The notes beneath the pieces were generated by a model, which was given only the letters and a program-made list of their open reading frames with translations, made no database searches and was not told the origin of the DNA. From positions 24,490,001 to 24,554,000 of the forward strand of contig NC_043018.1 in NCBI RefSeq assembly GCF_006345805.1: a stretch of DNA of 64,000 nt, read 5' to 3'. Shown here one piece after another: positions 50,890-63,995 of the stretch (the stretch's first letter is position 1; every line of letters begins with the position of its first letter). This DNA is from Octopus sinensis (lineage: Eukaryota). A program made the translations under genes and the position numbers.

Positions 50890-51115
50890 CCTTGACCCTT
50901 TTGCATTTAAACTGACCGTATCTGGCCAAAATATTTTCCCTGTTTTATGCTCAAATTGTTAAAATCTGGCCTCTTACACCTACCCTACAATGTAATTCAA
51001 AAACATACAATCACATCGTTGATATCTCAAAGCTACAAAATGATGGATGATTAATTGAAAACAATGAATTAATGAATCTTAGATTTGGCAGAGTAATATG
51101 AATGCTAAAGGGCTG
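50890..51115. mobile_element. piggyBac-like MITE
   Basis: CCCTTTTGCATT...AATGCTAAAGGG termini; homologous to 60197-60600, which starts TTAA|CCCTTTAG. Confidence 0.65.
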
Positions 51116-51556
51116 AAAACAAGCGAACGTGTTGGTAAAGTGATTCTTGGGACAAACTCCATTGAAATATGTGTTATATTTTTAATGAACATGCTATAAG
51201 AAGATATGGAGAGGGTTGGATTTAGACAGAGAAGGGCCCCTGAGACTATACGTTTTTAGTACCCTTATGATTTTCTTAATTCAAAACAAACTAATAAAGA
51301 GGTCCTCATTAAATCTAGGGAACCCAAAACTTAAAAGAGCATGGTAAATTCAAAGGGACTCAGTTAAACTCAATAAATGAAAACAGGGCTCGATGATTTT
51401 AAAAGAACTGGACGTGTGGTAAGAAGTTTGCTTCCCAACCACATGGTTCTGGGTTCAATCCCACCATGTGGCACCTTGGGCAAATATCCTCTGCAATAGC
51501 TTTGGGCTAACCAATACCCCCTGAGTGGATTTGGTTGACAGAAACTAAAAGAATCC

Positions 51557-51594
<38 letters not shown>

Positions 51595-51611
51595 TTATAT
51601 ATATATACATC

Positions 51612-52022
51612 TACTCTTTTACTCTTTTACTTGTTTCAGTCATTTGACTGCAGTCATGCTGGAGCACCGCCTTTATTCAAGCAAATCAACCCCGGGACTT
51701 ATTCTTTGTAAGCCCAGTACTTATTCTATCGGTCTCTTTTGCAGAACTGCTAAGTGACGGGGACGTAAACACACCAGCATCGGTTGTCAAGCAATGCTAG
51801 AGGGACAAACACAGACACACATTCATATACACACACATACATATATATATACATATATACGACAGGCTTCTTTCAGTTTCCGTCAACCAAATCCACTCAC
51901 AAGGCTTTGGTCGGCCCGAGGCTATAGCAGAAGACACTTGCCCAAGATTCCACACAGTGGGACTGAACCCAGAACCATGTGGTTGGTTAGCAAGCTACTT
52001 ACCACACAGCCACTCCTGCGCC
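51612..52022 (-). mobile_element. SINE family A, full length
   Basis: Family similarity. Confidence 0.9.
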
Positions 52023-52753
52023 ATATGATTTATTTTCAAGAGATAAAATTTGCTCTCTATATATAGGACACATTGAAGCACTCAGTATATCTGAGTCATT
52101 GGAAAATAGGAAAAATAATGACGAGAGACAAAAGATAGGTTACTAAAATATATTTTGTAAAATTATTATGCGCACAAAATCATGTACTAAAAATATAGGT
52201 ATATAAATATATAAATACACTTAAAAATACATTAAAAATATATAGATATAAATGTATGTGCTAAGAATATATTAAGAACATACAATATATAGTCTTACAA
52301 TAAAAACGATATTAAAATTATATACACAGAGGCAAGTCAATTGAATATATAAATCCTTATACAACACCCCAAACAAATCCTGACAATAATAGTAAAACAA
52401 CCACTAACAACTCTCCTACTCTAAGTAATTCTAAAAGGATAACAGTATCTCACAAACCAGACTATCAAATAATGAATACCAGTTTCAACTGAACCATCCA
52501 GTCCAACTGTATTATAAACTCTGACTTAGGCCCACCCTTACTGGCGACATGTCAACCTAGATTAACCTCACTAATTTTAACTAATAAAATTCAGTTTATT
52601 AACATAAAGTCAAAATTCTCTGTTACCTACAATCGTTTCCATACTCAATTCATTCAATTACAAATTAATTAATTAAAAATTGCATCTTGAAATAGCGAGT
52701 TAAATATTTCCTTAGGGTGAGAATTAAACACAAAAAGAATCACATCCTTATAA

Positions 52754-53122
52754 TCTCTATATATATAAATGGCAAAATGTCTGTCTGTGTGTGTGTGTGT
52801 GTGTCCTTTATACAAATCCACAATTTTTCAGTTAGAGGGCTCGCACTTTCTATGGTCATTCAAAACCGCCCAAGGGTGGTCGTGCACATCTTTACATTTC
52901 ACCAGTCACCCCGCAAGGCCATTAAAAAAATCAATAGAAGTGACTTTTTTGTGAATTTTCTATCCAAAACCCAATCAAAATGCCCGAAACTTGATACACC
53001 AATTGAATGCCAGCTAGCTGTATGTGATTGGTCGGACAGTACTCGCGTGTATGTGCGCATGCCCGCAGCTGTATATGCATGCACTAGCACTATGACCCAG
53101 CGTTGCCGGGTCATAGTGCTGG
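52754..53122 (+). mobile_element. Non-autonomous Helitron-like element
   Basis: A|TCTCTATATATATAAA start; 12-bp stem GCACTATGACCC/GGGTCATAGTGC; CTGG end. Confidence 0.7.
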
Positions 53123-53444
53123 CATGTTATATTCAAATATACCCATATATCTGGAAGTTAAATAATCATTAAACCACATAATCTACTTAATTGATGCCTA
53201 TTTTAAACAATACACACCAATACTATAAAGTTTACTGGACTCTTGAACTTTTCATCGATAAATAAGATTAAACCAGTGAGGCTAGGATGTTGACATCCCT
53301 TTTAAAAGGTATCTGCATCCTCTAAAAAGCTGCATATATATGTTTGTGTGTATGTGGGAATTTTTCTCTTGAGTATTCTAGTTTTCAAACAGAGGAAATG
53401 ACAATTCTGAAAGAAAATTCTATTACTTTCTTTCTTAAAAATTT

Positions 53445-53667
53445 CAGCGTGGAAGGTGTTTATAAGCCATTTAAGAAACACACAAAAACCGTTAGATTCA
53501 CTTCAACATTTAAATTTAATTTGTCAAAATATTTTCGAAGTTTTGTCAGTGAACAGGTCGCGGTCTCAAAGCAACAAAAATATTTTGGCAAATTAAGTTT
53601 AAATGTTGAAGTGAATCTAACGGTTTTGATGTGTTTCTTAAATGGCTTATAAACACCTTCCATGCTG
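53445..53667. mobile_element. Fold-back MITE (arms of about 90 bp)
   Basis: CAGCGTGGAAGGTGTTTATAAGCC... / ...GGCTTATAAACACCTTCCATGCTG. Confidence 0.9.
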
Positions 53668-54739
53668 CAATTGTTTTCATTCCAGCACACGATCTCAGAT
53701 CAAGTCACTCGCTATGCAAGTACATCTCCGTAATCTCAAAAATTTTTTTTTTTTAAATATTCCTGCCACCACCACCTCACCAGTCCCCCCCCTTTTCCTT
53801 CTTCATGAAGTAATGATAGTTAAAGCATTGAAAAAAACAAATACCAAATATCTATTAAGAGGACTTCCCTGCTACAGAGTGAGATACAATGAAATCCCAC
53901 CGGAATATAAAAAAAAACTAATTTTTTTGTCTTTTCATAAACTAAAACATTCGACTTTTTAAAATGATATTATAATTGAGTCTCTTGACACCCTTTAATT
54001 TCCCCAGTTCTTTGGTGATATTTTTAAGAAATACAACCAGAGTTTGAATATTTTATCTGCTTTCTCATTTTATAATGTCAACATCTATGGTAGCTCCCAA
54101 TATATACAACACTGGTATCTAGAGCCCCTGGTTGTTTTCAATTTTCAAGTACAATTTTGACATTTAAAGTCCGATATCGATTTTCGGCACCAAATAAAAC
54201 TTATTGAGTCAAAGAGGCAAACTCTGTACATGGTTTCTAGAACTCGCTAGAAGTAGCAGCCAAATCTCTTTGCTCACATCCTGCCACCTTAACTATTTAG
54301 CTGTCCTGTGTATCACATGATACACAGGACACATTTCCCTCTCCAACAAACTGATTGTATCTGCCTCCCATACAAATGTGATACACCATACCTACCTCCC
54401 CTACAAACACAATGGACTGTACCAGCTCCCTAATTCTGATAGAAATTAAGCATTTCAAAATGTGCTGTAATATTGTGGGTCAATGGCTCATGTATGATGC
54501 AGATTCCCAATTTTTTTTCAACCACCAGAGTAACTTGGGACTTATGAAAGGAAAGCTTTATATCACTCGGAAGGTATGAAACAAAGGTGAACCTCAAAAT
54601 CTGGAAACAAACCTGGACATTTCGGACAAACTAAAGAAAACGCTTTGGACAGGTAATCGGTTAAAACAAAGCGCCTGATAAAGTAAGATGGCATGGTCAT
54701 AGTTGGAATGCCTTTGGTTAATGTAATTCCCTTAAATGA

Positions 54740-55566
54740 TGCAAACCATTTTTTTTTATCTATAGGACCCCTTTCTTTCCTGTTTTACTCAAGCGGACCC
54801 CTCATAGCCATTGGGTTTTTTTTAAAAATCCTATCATATTTCTATAATTAAATATTACAAGTGTACAAAAAAAAATGGTTTTGAGTATTGTAGATATGTA
54901 AGCCATTTATTGCAAATAAATTTTAAAGACAGAATCTTATATGGACCCCTAAGGGCCATGTGGATTCTGGTTGAGAACCCCTGTTGTAGACCATTCCAAA
55001 GAGATTATAGCAGGACACTGATTCCACCTGGCTTACCACATTCTGCAGCTCACTGGTTCTCAACCATTTTTTCTGCCTCTGAACCCCTCTGATTCGTATT
55101 TTACTCCACTGGACCCTCAAAGCCATTTAATGTTTGTATAAAAAAAGAATCCTACTGTATTTTCGTAATTAAATATTATTAGGAATTGTTGTCTTTCATT
55201 CTTTTTTTTATATTTGTTTCAGTCATTTGACTGTGGCCATGTTGGAGCACTGCCTCTAGTCAAATCGACCCCAGGACTTATTCTTTGTGACCCTAGTACT
55301 TATTCTATAGGTCTCTTTTGCTGAACTGCTAAGTTACAGGGACGTAAACACACCAACATCGGCTGTCAAGCAATGATGAAGGGGAAACAAACAAACACAC
55401 ACATATAATTTCAATATGGAGCAAATAATTCAGAAAAAAATATTTGCGAAGATAACATTGGCTCTATTATTATCTAGTGTAATAATTTAAAAATGATAAT
55501 AACAGAATCAATAAAATAGGTGATTGCAGGCCCCAAAAAAGCATTAATGCTATTTAATCCTTCAGC

Positions 55567-55627
<61 letters not shown>

Positions 55628-55875
55628 CAGGCTTCTTTCAGCTTCCATCTACCAAATCCACTCACAAGGCTTTGGTTGGCCTGAGGCTATAGAAGACACT
55701 TGCCTAAGGTGCCACACAGTGGGACTGAACCCAGAACCATGTGGCTGGTAAGCAAGCTACTTACCACACAGCCACTTTATGTAAAAGTATAACCAATTTG
55801 TTACAGATAAATTTCAACAAGTAAATCGTATATGAACCCCAACAATGGTCATGTGGACCCTGGTTGAAAGCCATT
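54740..55875. mobile_element. Two hAT-type MITEs; the second carries a nested, interrupted SINE-A (55208-55776)
   Basis: GGTTGAGAACCCCTG end at about 54983; GGTTCTCAACC start at about 55053. Confidence 0.7.
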
Positions 55876-56097
55876 TTATTAAACCAATGCAAGGCCACGA
55901 CAGAGACTAGCTGCAGTTTGGTAGGGCAGTTTCAAGGTGTGTGGCATTATTAACATAGTTTTACTGGCTTTGGACATCATCTATTCAACTGGACACCAGA
56001 CGCAGTCCAATTCATGACCTTGAATGTTGTTGGCATTCTGTGTCATATTTTGGTGGATTGTTGTTTTGACTCCGACTCATGTCCATCGCTAAGGGGG

Positions 56098-56114
56098 TGC
56101 ACTAGATGGCACTG
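56098..56114 (+). promoter_or_regulatory. CTCF-like motif
   Basis: TGCACTAGATGGCACTG matches the CACYAGRKGGCRSY consensus. Confidence 0.5.
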
Positions 56115-57117
56115 TCCCCTCCAATGGTGAACCCTTCTAAATCTGAGGGTTCACCATTGGAATATTCTGAAGCATTAGAATATTCTGAAGCAGCCCCAGG
56201 CAGCCAAAGTCGGGAAACGAACCTCACACACACACACACATAGGAAAGGGTGCTGAAAAGTTCCTGGCTTTAAGGGCATCATGAAAGGCCTGGTTGGAGG
56301 CCCAACATTCCAAGTTCTTTTACAGGGCTTAGTAAAACTGAAGAACCACTGCAATCATCATCATCATCATCATCGTTTTCCATGCTAGCATGGGTTGGAC
56401 GGTTCTACTGGGGTCTGTGAAGCCAGAAGGCTTCATCAGGCCCAGTCAAATCTGGCAGTGTTTCTACGGCTGGATGCCCTTCCTAACGCCAACCACTCCG
56501 TGAGTGTAAAGTGTGTGAATCTGAGAAAGGAAATGTGTTGAATAAAATCATAATTAACTGGTCCCCCTCATATATCTATGTCTGTGTGTATATGCATGCG
56601 AGTGTGTCTTTATGTCTGTCCCCCTATCACTGCTTCACAACCAGTGTTGGTGTGTTTACATCTCTGTAACTTAACAGCTCGACAAAAGTAACCAATAGAA
56701 TAAGTAGCAGGTTTAAAAAAAAAAACAGTACTAGGGTCAATTCATTTAACTAAACATTTTTCAAGGCGGTGCTCCAGCATGGCCACAATCCAATGACTGA
56801 AACAAGAAAAAGTTCTTTCCCCAGAAGAGAACAATCCACAAATTCCTTGCCCTTTTCCTTCTCTATGAAGCAGTTTACAGCTATTCCGAAAGTTCACTGA
56901 TCAATTATTACATCATTTCACGAGTGTCTAAGCTTATTTACTGATCTTTTGATATAAATAAAAAGAGAAAATTGGTTGTCAACAATGGAAAATACCGATT
57001 TTTTTTTTGTATGATTGTGTCTTGTTTTGCTTATCTTTTGCTTACATAAGGATTTCCAGATACGGAAAAGGAAGGCTACACAAGGAAATTGTGATATTCT
57101 TTGAGTCTTTTATTTTT

Positions 57118-58075
57118 TTGTTTCTGTCATTTGACTGTGGCCATGCTGGAGCACCACCTTAAAGGGTTTTTTTAGATGAAGAAATCAACCCCAGGATTTA
57201 TTCTTTGTAAGCCTGGTACTTATTTTATTGATCTCTTTTGCAGGACTGCTAGGTTACAGGGACATAAACACATCAGCATCAGTTTGTCAAATGATGATGG
57301 ATGGTGGCGGCAAACACAGAAACATATACAAACATATACACACACACATCATCATCATCATCATTGTTCGACCGTGGTCGAGACAATGGAATTTACCATG
57401 TTGCACCAGACTTCACGGTCCATCATAGCATTACGGAGGTCCTGTTGCTGGATGCCTGTATCCCTGGAGATTACATCAGGGTAGGAGAGTGTGCGCCCTC
57501 TGGTGTTGCGAGTAGATGGCTTCCAGAGGAGAAGAGTAGAAATTACTTCTTTTTCAGCTCTACAACAATGTCCAGCAAACTGGACTCTCCTACCCTTCAC
57601 AAGAGATGACACAGGTGGTAATTTCCCATATACACAGACATTCGTACACAGACATACACATATATACACACGACAGGCTTCTTTCAGTTTCTGTCTAGCA
57701 AATCCATGGCTTTGGTTGGCCCGAGGCTATAGAAGACACCTATTCTTTATTACCCACAAGGGGCTAAACAGAGAGGGGACAAACAAGGACAGACATAGGT
57801 ATTAAGTCGATTACATCAACCCCAGTGCATAACTGGTACTTAATTTATCAACCATGAAAGGATGAAAGGTAAAGCTGACCTTGGCGGAATTTTAACTCAG
57901 AACATAACAGCAGACGAAATACCGCTAAGCATTTCGCCTGGCATGCTAACGTTTCTGCCAGCTCGCCGCCTTGCTATAGAAGACGCCTGTGTAAGGTACC
58001 ACACTGTGGGTGTGAACCTGGAACCATGTGGTTGGGAAGAAAGCTTCTTACCACACAACCACACCTGCACCTATG
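57118..58075 (-). mobile_element. SINE-A carrying a nested RTE fragment and a nested SINE-B (57741-57972)
   Basis: The SINE-A halves resume after each insert; TSD GCTATAGAAGAC(A/G)CC. Confidence 0.8.
57346..57630 (-). mobile_element. RTE-clade LINE 3' end
   Basis: GKLPPVSSLVKGRRVQFAGHCCRAEKEVISTLLLWKP...YPDVISRDTG..AMMDREVW with a (GAT)n tail. Confidence 0.88.
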
Positions 58076-58771
58076 TATGTAAAAAAGTCGAAAGTCAGCT
58101 ATTATCACTCATTTCTCCTCCTTTCACTACTTATGACCCTCACCCCCTACCCCACCCACCAGCTCTATACTACTCACAATGTCCATTCCTTTCTTCCCAA
58201 AATGTCAACCCTCTGAAATTCTTCCCTTGTAAAGACCTTGCAACTGGGAGACTGAGTGGAGGCATGGCCACACAAGACATTCCTGTAAGGATGGATGGCC
58301 ATGATTTTACTTAGTTTGACTAGTCTTCTCAAGTATAGTAAATCATCATAAATCTTGGGCCCCTGTCCTCTCCACCGCAAGGCCCAGCATCTAAAGATCC
58401 TTTTTCACCACTTCATCCTATGTCTTTCTGGGTTTCTGGGTCTACTCCTTCCACACACACAAAATCGTTTTTTACGTCTTTCAGTCATTGGACTGCGACC
58501 ATGCTGGAGCTTAGTCAACCCTGGTACTTATTTTTTCTGAACTGCTACATTATGGGGGACATAAATAAACCAATACCGATTATCAAGTGGGGGGGGGGAG
58601 CAAACAAACAACACACACACAGACAAGTGAGTGAACTCAATACCAAAAGTAGTACTCAATACCAAAAGTAGAGCTCAATCTGTGAGACCTAAACAGATTG
58701 ACTCAGTTCCTCATGTTACTTAAGGTTTCGTGAACACAAAGGCTAAGTACAACAAACACCTTGGACATAGA

Positions 58772-59385
58772 GGTGCAGGCGTAGCTGTGTGGTAAGGAGC
58801 TTGCTTACCAACCACATGGTTCTGGGTTCAGTCCCACTGCGTGGCACCTTGGAAAAGTGTCTTCTACTATATATTTCTTTACTGCCCACAAGGGGTTAAA
58901 CAAGGATAAAGGAATCACAATGACCCCAGTTGCAAAACTGGTACTTTATTTATCGACCCCGAAGGGATGAAAGACAAAGTCGACCTCGGCGGAATTTGAA
59001 CTCAGAACATAACGACAGACGAAATACCGCTAAACATTTCGCCCAGCACGCTAACGTTTCTGCCAGCTCGCCACCTTAGTGTCTTCTACTATAGCCTCGG
59101 GCCAACCAAAACCTTGTGAGTGGATTTGCTAGACAGAAGCTGAAAGAAGCCTGTCGTATATATGCGTGTATGTGTGTGTCCCCTTGTGTCTGTGTTTGCA
59201 TTCCCCAATCATCGCTTGACAACTGATGCTGGTGTGTTTATGCCTCCGTAACATAGTAGTTTGGCAAAAGAGACTGATATAAGTACCGGGCTTACAAAGA
59301 ATAAGTCCTGGGGGGGTCGATCGGTTCAACTAAAAGGTGGTTCTCCAGCATGGCTGCACTCAAAAGACTGAAACAAGTAAAAGAA
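58772..59385 (+). mobile_element. SINE-A (+) interrupted by SINE-B (-) at 58872-59077
   Basis: Perfect 16-bp TSD AGTGTCTTCTACTATA at 58856-58871 and 59078-59093. Confidence 0.9.
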
Positions 59386-59601
59386 TATGGACAGACAGAC
59401 TGACACACACACACACACACACACACAAATACTCAAGTACATCACTGAGATAAAGGAACATTAAAAATAGTTGTTGGTTGTGTACTGGATGTAATAGGCC
59501 AGAAAAATTTGAATTAAATTTGCACCTATGGTGTTGAAAACCATTATCTTAATAAATAATTCAGTTAAAACAACAAACTCGCACACCACTAACACAGCAA
59601 C

Positions 59602-59680
<79 letters not shown>

Positions 59681-60196
59681 TATAATATATATAGCATGGG
59701 TGTATGTGCATATATATAGAGAGAATGTGTATGTATGTGTGTTATATATATGCGCAAATACACTTCTCTAAAGTGACCTGCATTGACATGTTTTATGTGT
59801 GAGTGGATTGTGGTTGTTGTTGTTACTATGGTGACTGTCACATTAATATTTCACAAATGGTCGAGAGGCAAACAAAGTGAGACATCATGGTTCCTTATCA
59901 CTGAGTTGAAGTATTTTTCACAATTGACTGATCTGTCTCCTCTCATTCCCAACAGGGGTCAATTAAATAAATACCAGTTATACAGTAAGGAGCACAATAG
60001 ATTCTACCTCCTTCCCATATAAATGCAACATACCATACCTCTCTCCTCTGCACATAATAGAACATATCCTCCTTTACAAACAATAAGCCATTACCTACCT
60101 CCCCTACAACTGCAACAGACCATACCCAACTCCCCTCCAAACACAATAGACCAGTCATGGACAAACTGCATCCTACACGACTTTCTGAATTATACA

Positions 60197-60600
60197 CTTA
60201 ACCCTTTAGTATTCCAGCCAGCCATATCTGGTCCATACATTCTATGTTTCATGCTAAAACCAGTCAGATCTGGCTTCTCACCCCTACCCTACAAGGTCAT
60301 TCTAAAAATATATTTCTTTACTGCCCACTAGGGGCTAAACATAGAGGGGACAAACAAGGACAGACAAAGGGATTAAGTCGATTACATCGACCCCAGTTGG
60401 AGACTGGTACTTTATTTATCGACCCAGAAAGGATGAAAGGAAGTAACGACAGACGAAATATGGCTAAGCATTTCGCCTGGCGTGCTAACGTTTCTGCCAG
60501 CTTGCAGTTATTCTAAAATTAGTCACCTCATCAAAATCTGAAAGCTACAAGATAATGCACGATTAATTCTAAACAATGTGAATAAATAAGTATTATCTGG
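60197..60600. mobile_element. piggyBac-like MITE with nested SINE-B (about 60310-60505)
   Basis: TTAA|CCCTTTAG start; ATTCTAAAA on both sides of the SINE. Confidence 0.7.
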
Positions 60601-60701
60601 CCAAAATATTCTGCCAAAATAAGCTGACCAGATCTGCCCTCTTACACCCTAACATGCAGGTTATCACAGTGAAGAATGAAAGTGAAAGTAAATTGTCTTA
60701 A

Positions 60702-61230
60702 GATAAAAAGGGTGGAATTCTGGTTTAAGCATGCCACGTAATCCCCATAACTTTTTTTTTTTATTTTTGGAATTTTCAGAAAATCTTTGTGAATTTGTGT
60801 TCTACACATGGAGATTCATGCAATTATACAACCCTCCCCTGCCAAAAAAAATTTTGGTGAGTGATTTTAGGTCTATTTAGCTGTTATTTTTACTACATCT
60901 CACGACCACTTCATACCCTCCTCATTTGTTTGTTACTCTGATGTGTTGATGTTTTTCGATACCATTCTCTCCATGAACATATTTAATAGTCCATTGCTGA
61001 AATTTAAGCCAAATATTTGGACTGTTCTTATTTTAAAATATGATTTAAAAAAAAAAAGTAATTAAAATTTTTTTTTAATTTTGTAAGATTAAAAAAAAAT
61101 GTTTTTTAATAGTTGTGTGAATTCCCATATGTGGAATACAAATTTGCAAAACTTTTCTTAAGATTCCAACAACATAAGGAAGTTATGAGGGGTTAAATGT
61201 CATGCATATAGCAGAATTCCACCCATATTT
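60702..61230. mobile_element. TIR MITE flanked by TTAA
   Basis: GGGTGGAATTCTG...CAGAATTCCACCC with about 45-bp imperfect TIRs. Confidence 0.65.
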
Positions 61231-61639
61231 TTAAGGACAATTTACTTTCATCATCCATGGTGATAAGCTGCATGTTAACCACCAATGTCATTCTCGATAA
61301 TCAAGCAGATTTGATTATTCATGATTGGAATACTTCCAAAGTTATCAACATTAATTTTGCTTTTTCACCCATAATTCAGACATTTACATACTTTATTGTT
61401 ATTAATCATTTTCACTCCTTAGTCATGGGGAGCTCCAAAGCCAAAGATAGGAGCCTGTAAGTAGTCACATAACATGCTAGAAATAACAGCTTAATCCCAA
61501 CCTCTCCTGCAAAATACACAAAAGTTTAGACCTTAGATAGATGGAGTCCATTTGAAATATATATTGCAGCCTCCACCCAAACCCTGTACAACCAGTAATA
61601 AGCCTTGTTCTGAGAGGTGTGAGGTACAAGCACAAAGAA

Positions 61640-61790
61640 GTGGGTCCAGAAGGAAACAGCTGTGAGTGATTGAGAATTTGAATGTTGCAACCCTCACAAA
61701 TAAAGAGCAGAAACTAGTGGAGGATGCCAAACACTACTGGTCAGATATACAAAGGTGCCAGGTGGTGGTGGTGATAAGCCAGGCGACAGA
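61640..61790 (+). mobile_element. RTE-like APE endonuclease N-terminal remnant
   Basis: LNVATLTNKEQKLVEDAKHYWSDI resembles the RTE pattern WNV.TL.GKE.ELV.E..RY.LDI. Confidence 0.45.
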
Positions 61791-61956
61791 TTATTACCAC
61801 AAAATAATGGACACGAGACATTTTGGCACAGCTGATTTGGCGCAGCCGTTTTGGTGCCACTGATTCGATGTTGACCATCAGATGTCTTGATGCTCCTTTC
61901 ATTCTTGCTCTCCCTCCCCTTCTCTCTGCTTAGCATGTGAACATATTTCTTTATTT

Positions 61957-62357
61957 ACTCTTTACTCTTTTACTTGTTTCAGTCATTTGACTGCGGCCAT
62001 GCTGGAGCACTGCCTTTAGTCGAGCAAATCGACCCCAGGACTTATTCTTTGTAAGCCCAGTACTTATTCTATCGGTCTCTTTTGCCGAACCGCTAAGTGA
62101 CGGGGACGTAAACACACCAGCATCGGTTGTCAAGCAATGCTAGGGGGACAAACACAGACACACAAACACACATACATACATACATATATATACATATATA
62201 CGACAGGCTTCTTTCAGTTTCCGTCTACCAAATCCACTCACAAGGCATTGGTCGGCCCGGGACTATAGCAGAAGACACTTGCCCAAGATGCCATGCAGTG
62301 GGACTGAACCCGGAACCATGTGGTTGGTTAGCAAGCTACTTACCACACAGCCACTCG
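61957..62357 (-). mobile_element. SINE family A, full length
   Basis: Family similarity. Confidence 0.9.
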
Positions 62358-62617
62358 AGAAGGAAATTTTACATCAATTGTGTTCAACTAATAAATAATA
62401 AGAAAATGTAATGTCTTTCTTTTTTACACTCTCTATGAGTATGTGTATATTTCTGCACGTGTGTGCATGCATGTGCCTCCCATCTTAAAAAGTTCTGTTA
62501 CCTCAACAGACTGAATGTCCAGCCAACCATGCCAAACAATCAACATTCAATTGTTTTATTCTGATGGACTAAGTCAACTACCCAAGTATTCCAAGGCAGT
62601 ATTTGAACTCAGAGCAT

Positions 62618-62993
62618 GGAAGCACTCCGTCGGTTACGACGATGAGGGTTCCGGTTGATCCGAATCAACGGAACAGCCTGCTCGTGAAATTAACGTGTAA
62701 GTGGCTGAGCACTCCACAGACACGTGCACCCTTAACGTAGTTCTCGGGGATATTCAGCGTGACACAGAGAGTGACAAGGCCGGCCCTTTGAAATACAGGT
62801 ACAACAGAAACAGGAAGTAAGAGAGAGAAAGTTGTGGTGAAAGAGTACAGCAGGGATCACCACCATCCCCTGCCGGAGCCTCGTGGAGCTTTTAGGTGTT
62901 TTCGCACAATAAACACTCACAACGCCCGGTCTGGGAATCGAAACCGCGATCCTATGACCGCGAGACCGCTGCCCTAACCACTGGGCCTCCACT
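62618..62993 (-). mobile_element. SINE family D, full length
   Basis: Reverse complement of 13336-13706; 11-bp TSD ACTCAGAGCAT at 62607-62617 and 62994-63004. Confidence 0.92.
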
Positions 62994-63146
62994 ACTCAGA
63001 GCATACAGAGTCAAAACAAAACACAAGAATTTGGATATTGGTAAGACTTTACCATTACTGTTCTTAGGATGTATGGAAACAGCTCCACAGTTCTCAGATT
63101 GTGTATGACATATACAATTAAATACAATTAAAAAGTAAGGGTTTAA

Positions 63147-63995
63147 ATCAGGGATTCTCAACCATTTTTTTTTATCTATGGACCCCTTTTATTACAATTT
63201 TATTCTTGTGGACCCCACCATAGCCATTCGATGTTTAAAAACTAGTTTTAAAGAAACTCCTTCCAAAATTCCTATTTTGTTTCTTCACACATTAACTTGT
63301 GTAGGTTGAATTATGTAAAATGTTAGACAGAGAAACATAGCTGTTTCTTGCAATACATGACCATAATTTTCTCTAATTTCTAAACTTTAAAACAGAAATT
63401 TTTAAAAGGAAAACTTCCCATGCAAATTGCTCTGGGGATTTTCTATTATTAAAGTGACAATCTGACAGAATCGTTACCGCATTGTATTTAGCTGCATTCC
63501 TTCCGGCTCTTTACGTTCTGAGTTTTATCCTCTCGGGGTCGATATAATCACCTTAATCCGTTTTTCTGTCCTTGTTTGTCCTTTCTGTGTTTAGCCCCTT
63601 GTATTTCGTCTGTCGCTACGTTCTGAGTTCAAATTTCGCCAAGGTCGACTTTGCATTTCACCCTTTCGGGGTTGATGAAATAAGGAGCAGTGAAACACTA
63701 GGGTCCATGCAATCGACAAGTTCCCTCCCCAAAAATTTCAGGCCTCGTGCCTTTAGTAGAAAGGATTATTTTATAAAGGGACAAGCTGACAGATTCGTTA
63801 GCATGCCGAGCAAAATGCTCAGAGGCATTTCGTCTGTTTTTATGTTCCGAGTTCAAATTCCGCCGAGGTCGAATTTGCCTTTTATCCTTTCGGGGTCGAT
63901 AAAATAAGCATCAGTTAAGCACTGGAGCCGATGTAATCGACTAGTCCCCCTCTCACCAAATTTTAGATCTTGAGCCTATAGAAGAAAGGATTATC
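63147..63995 (+). mobile_element. hAT MITE fragment followed by 2-3 tandem SINE-B copies
   Basis: CAGGGATTCTCAACC start; the SINE-B core repeats at about 63500, 63630 and 63860. Confidence 0.75.

Noticed and set aside
56415-56440. Minus-strand CTGATGA-AGCC/GGCT stem
   Set aside because: It is followed by TCAC instead of GAAA and lies inside a SINE-K body.
4073-62411. Recurrent ORFs such as MSSNARGTN... and MLGGQTQTH...
   Set aside because: They are translations of SINE family A copies.
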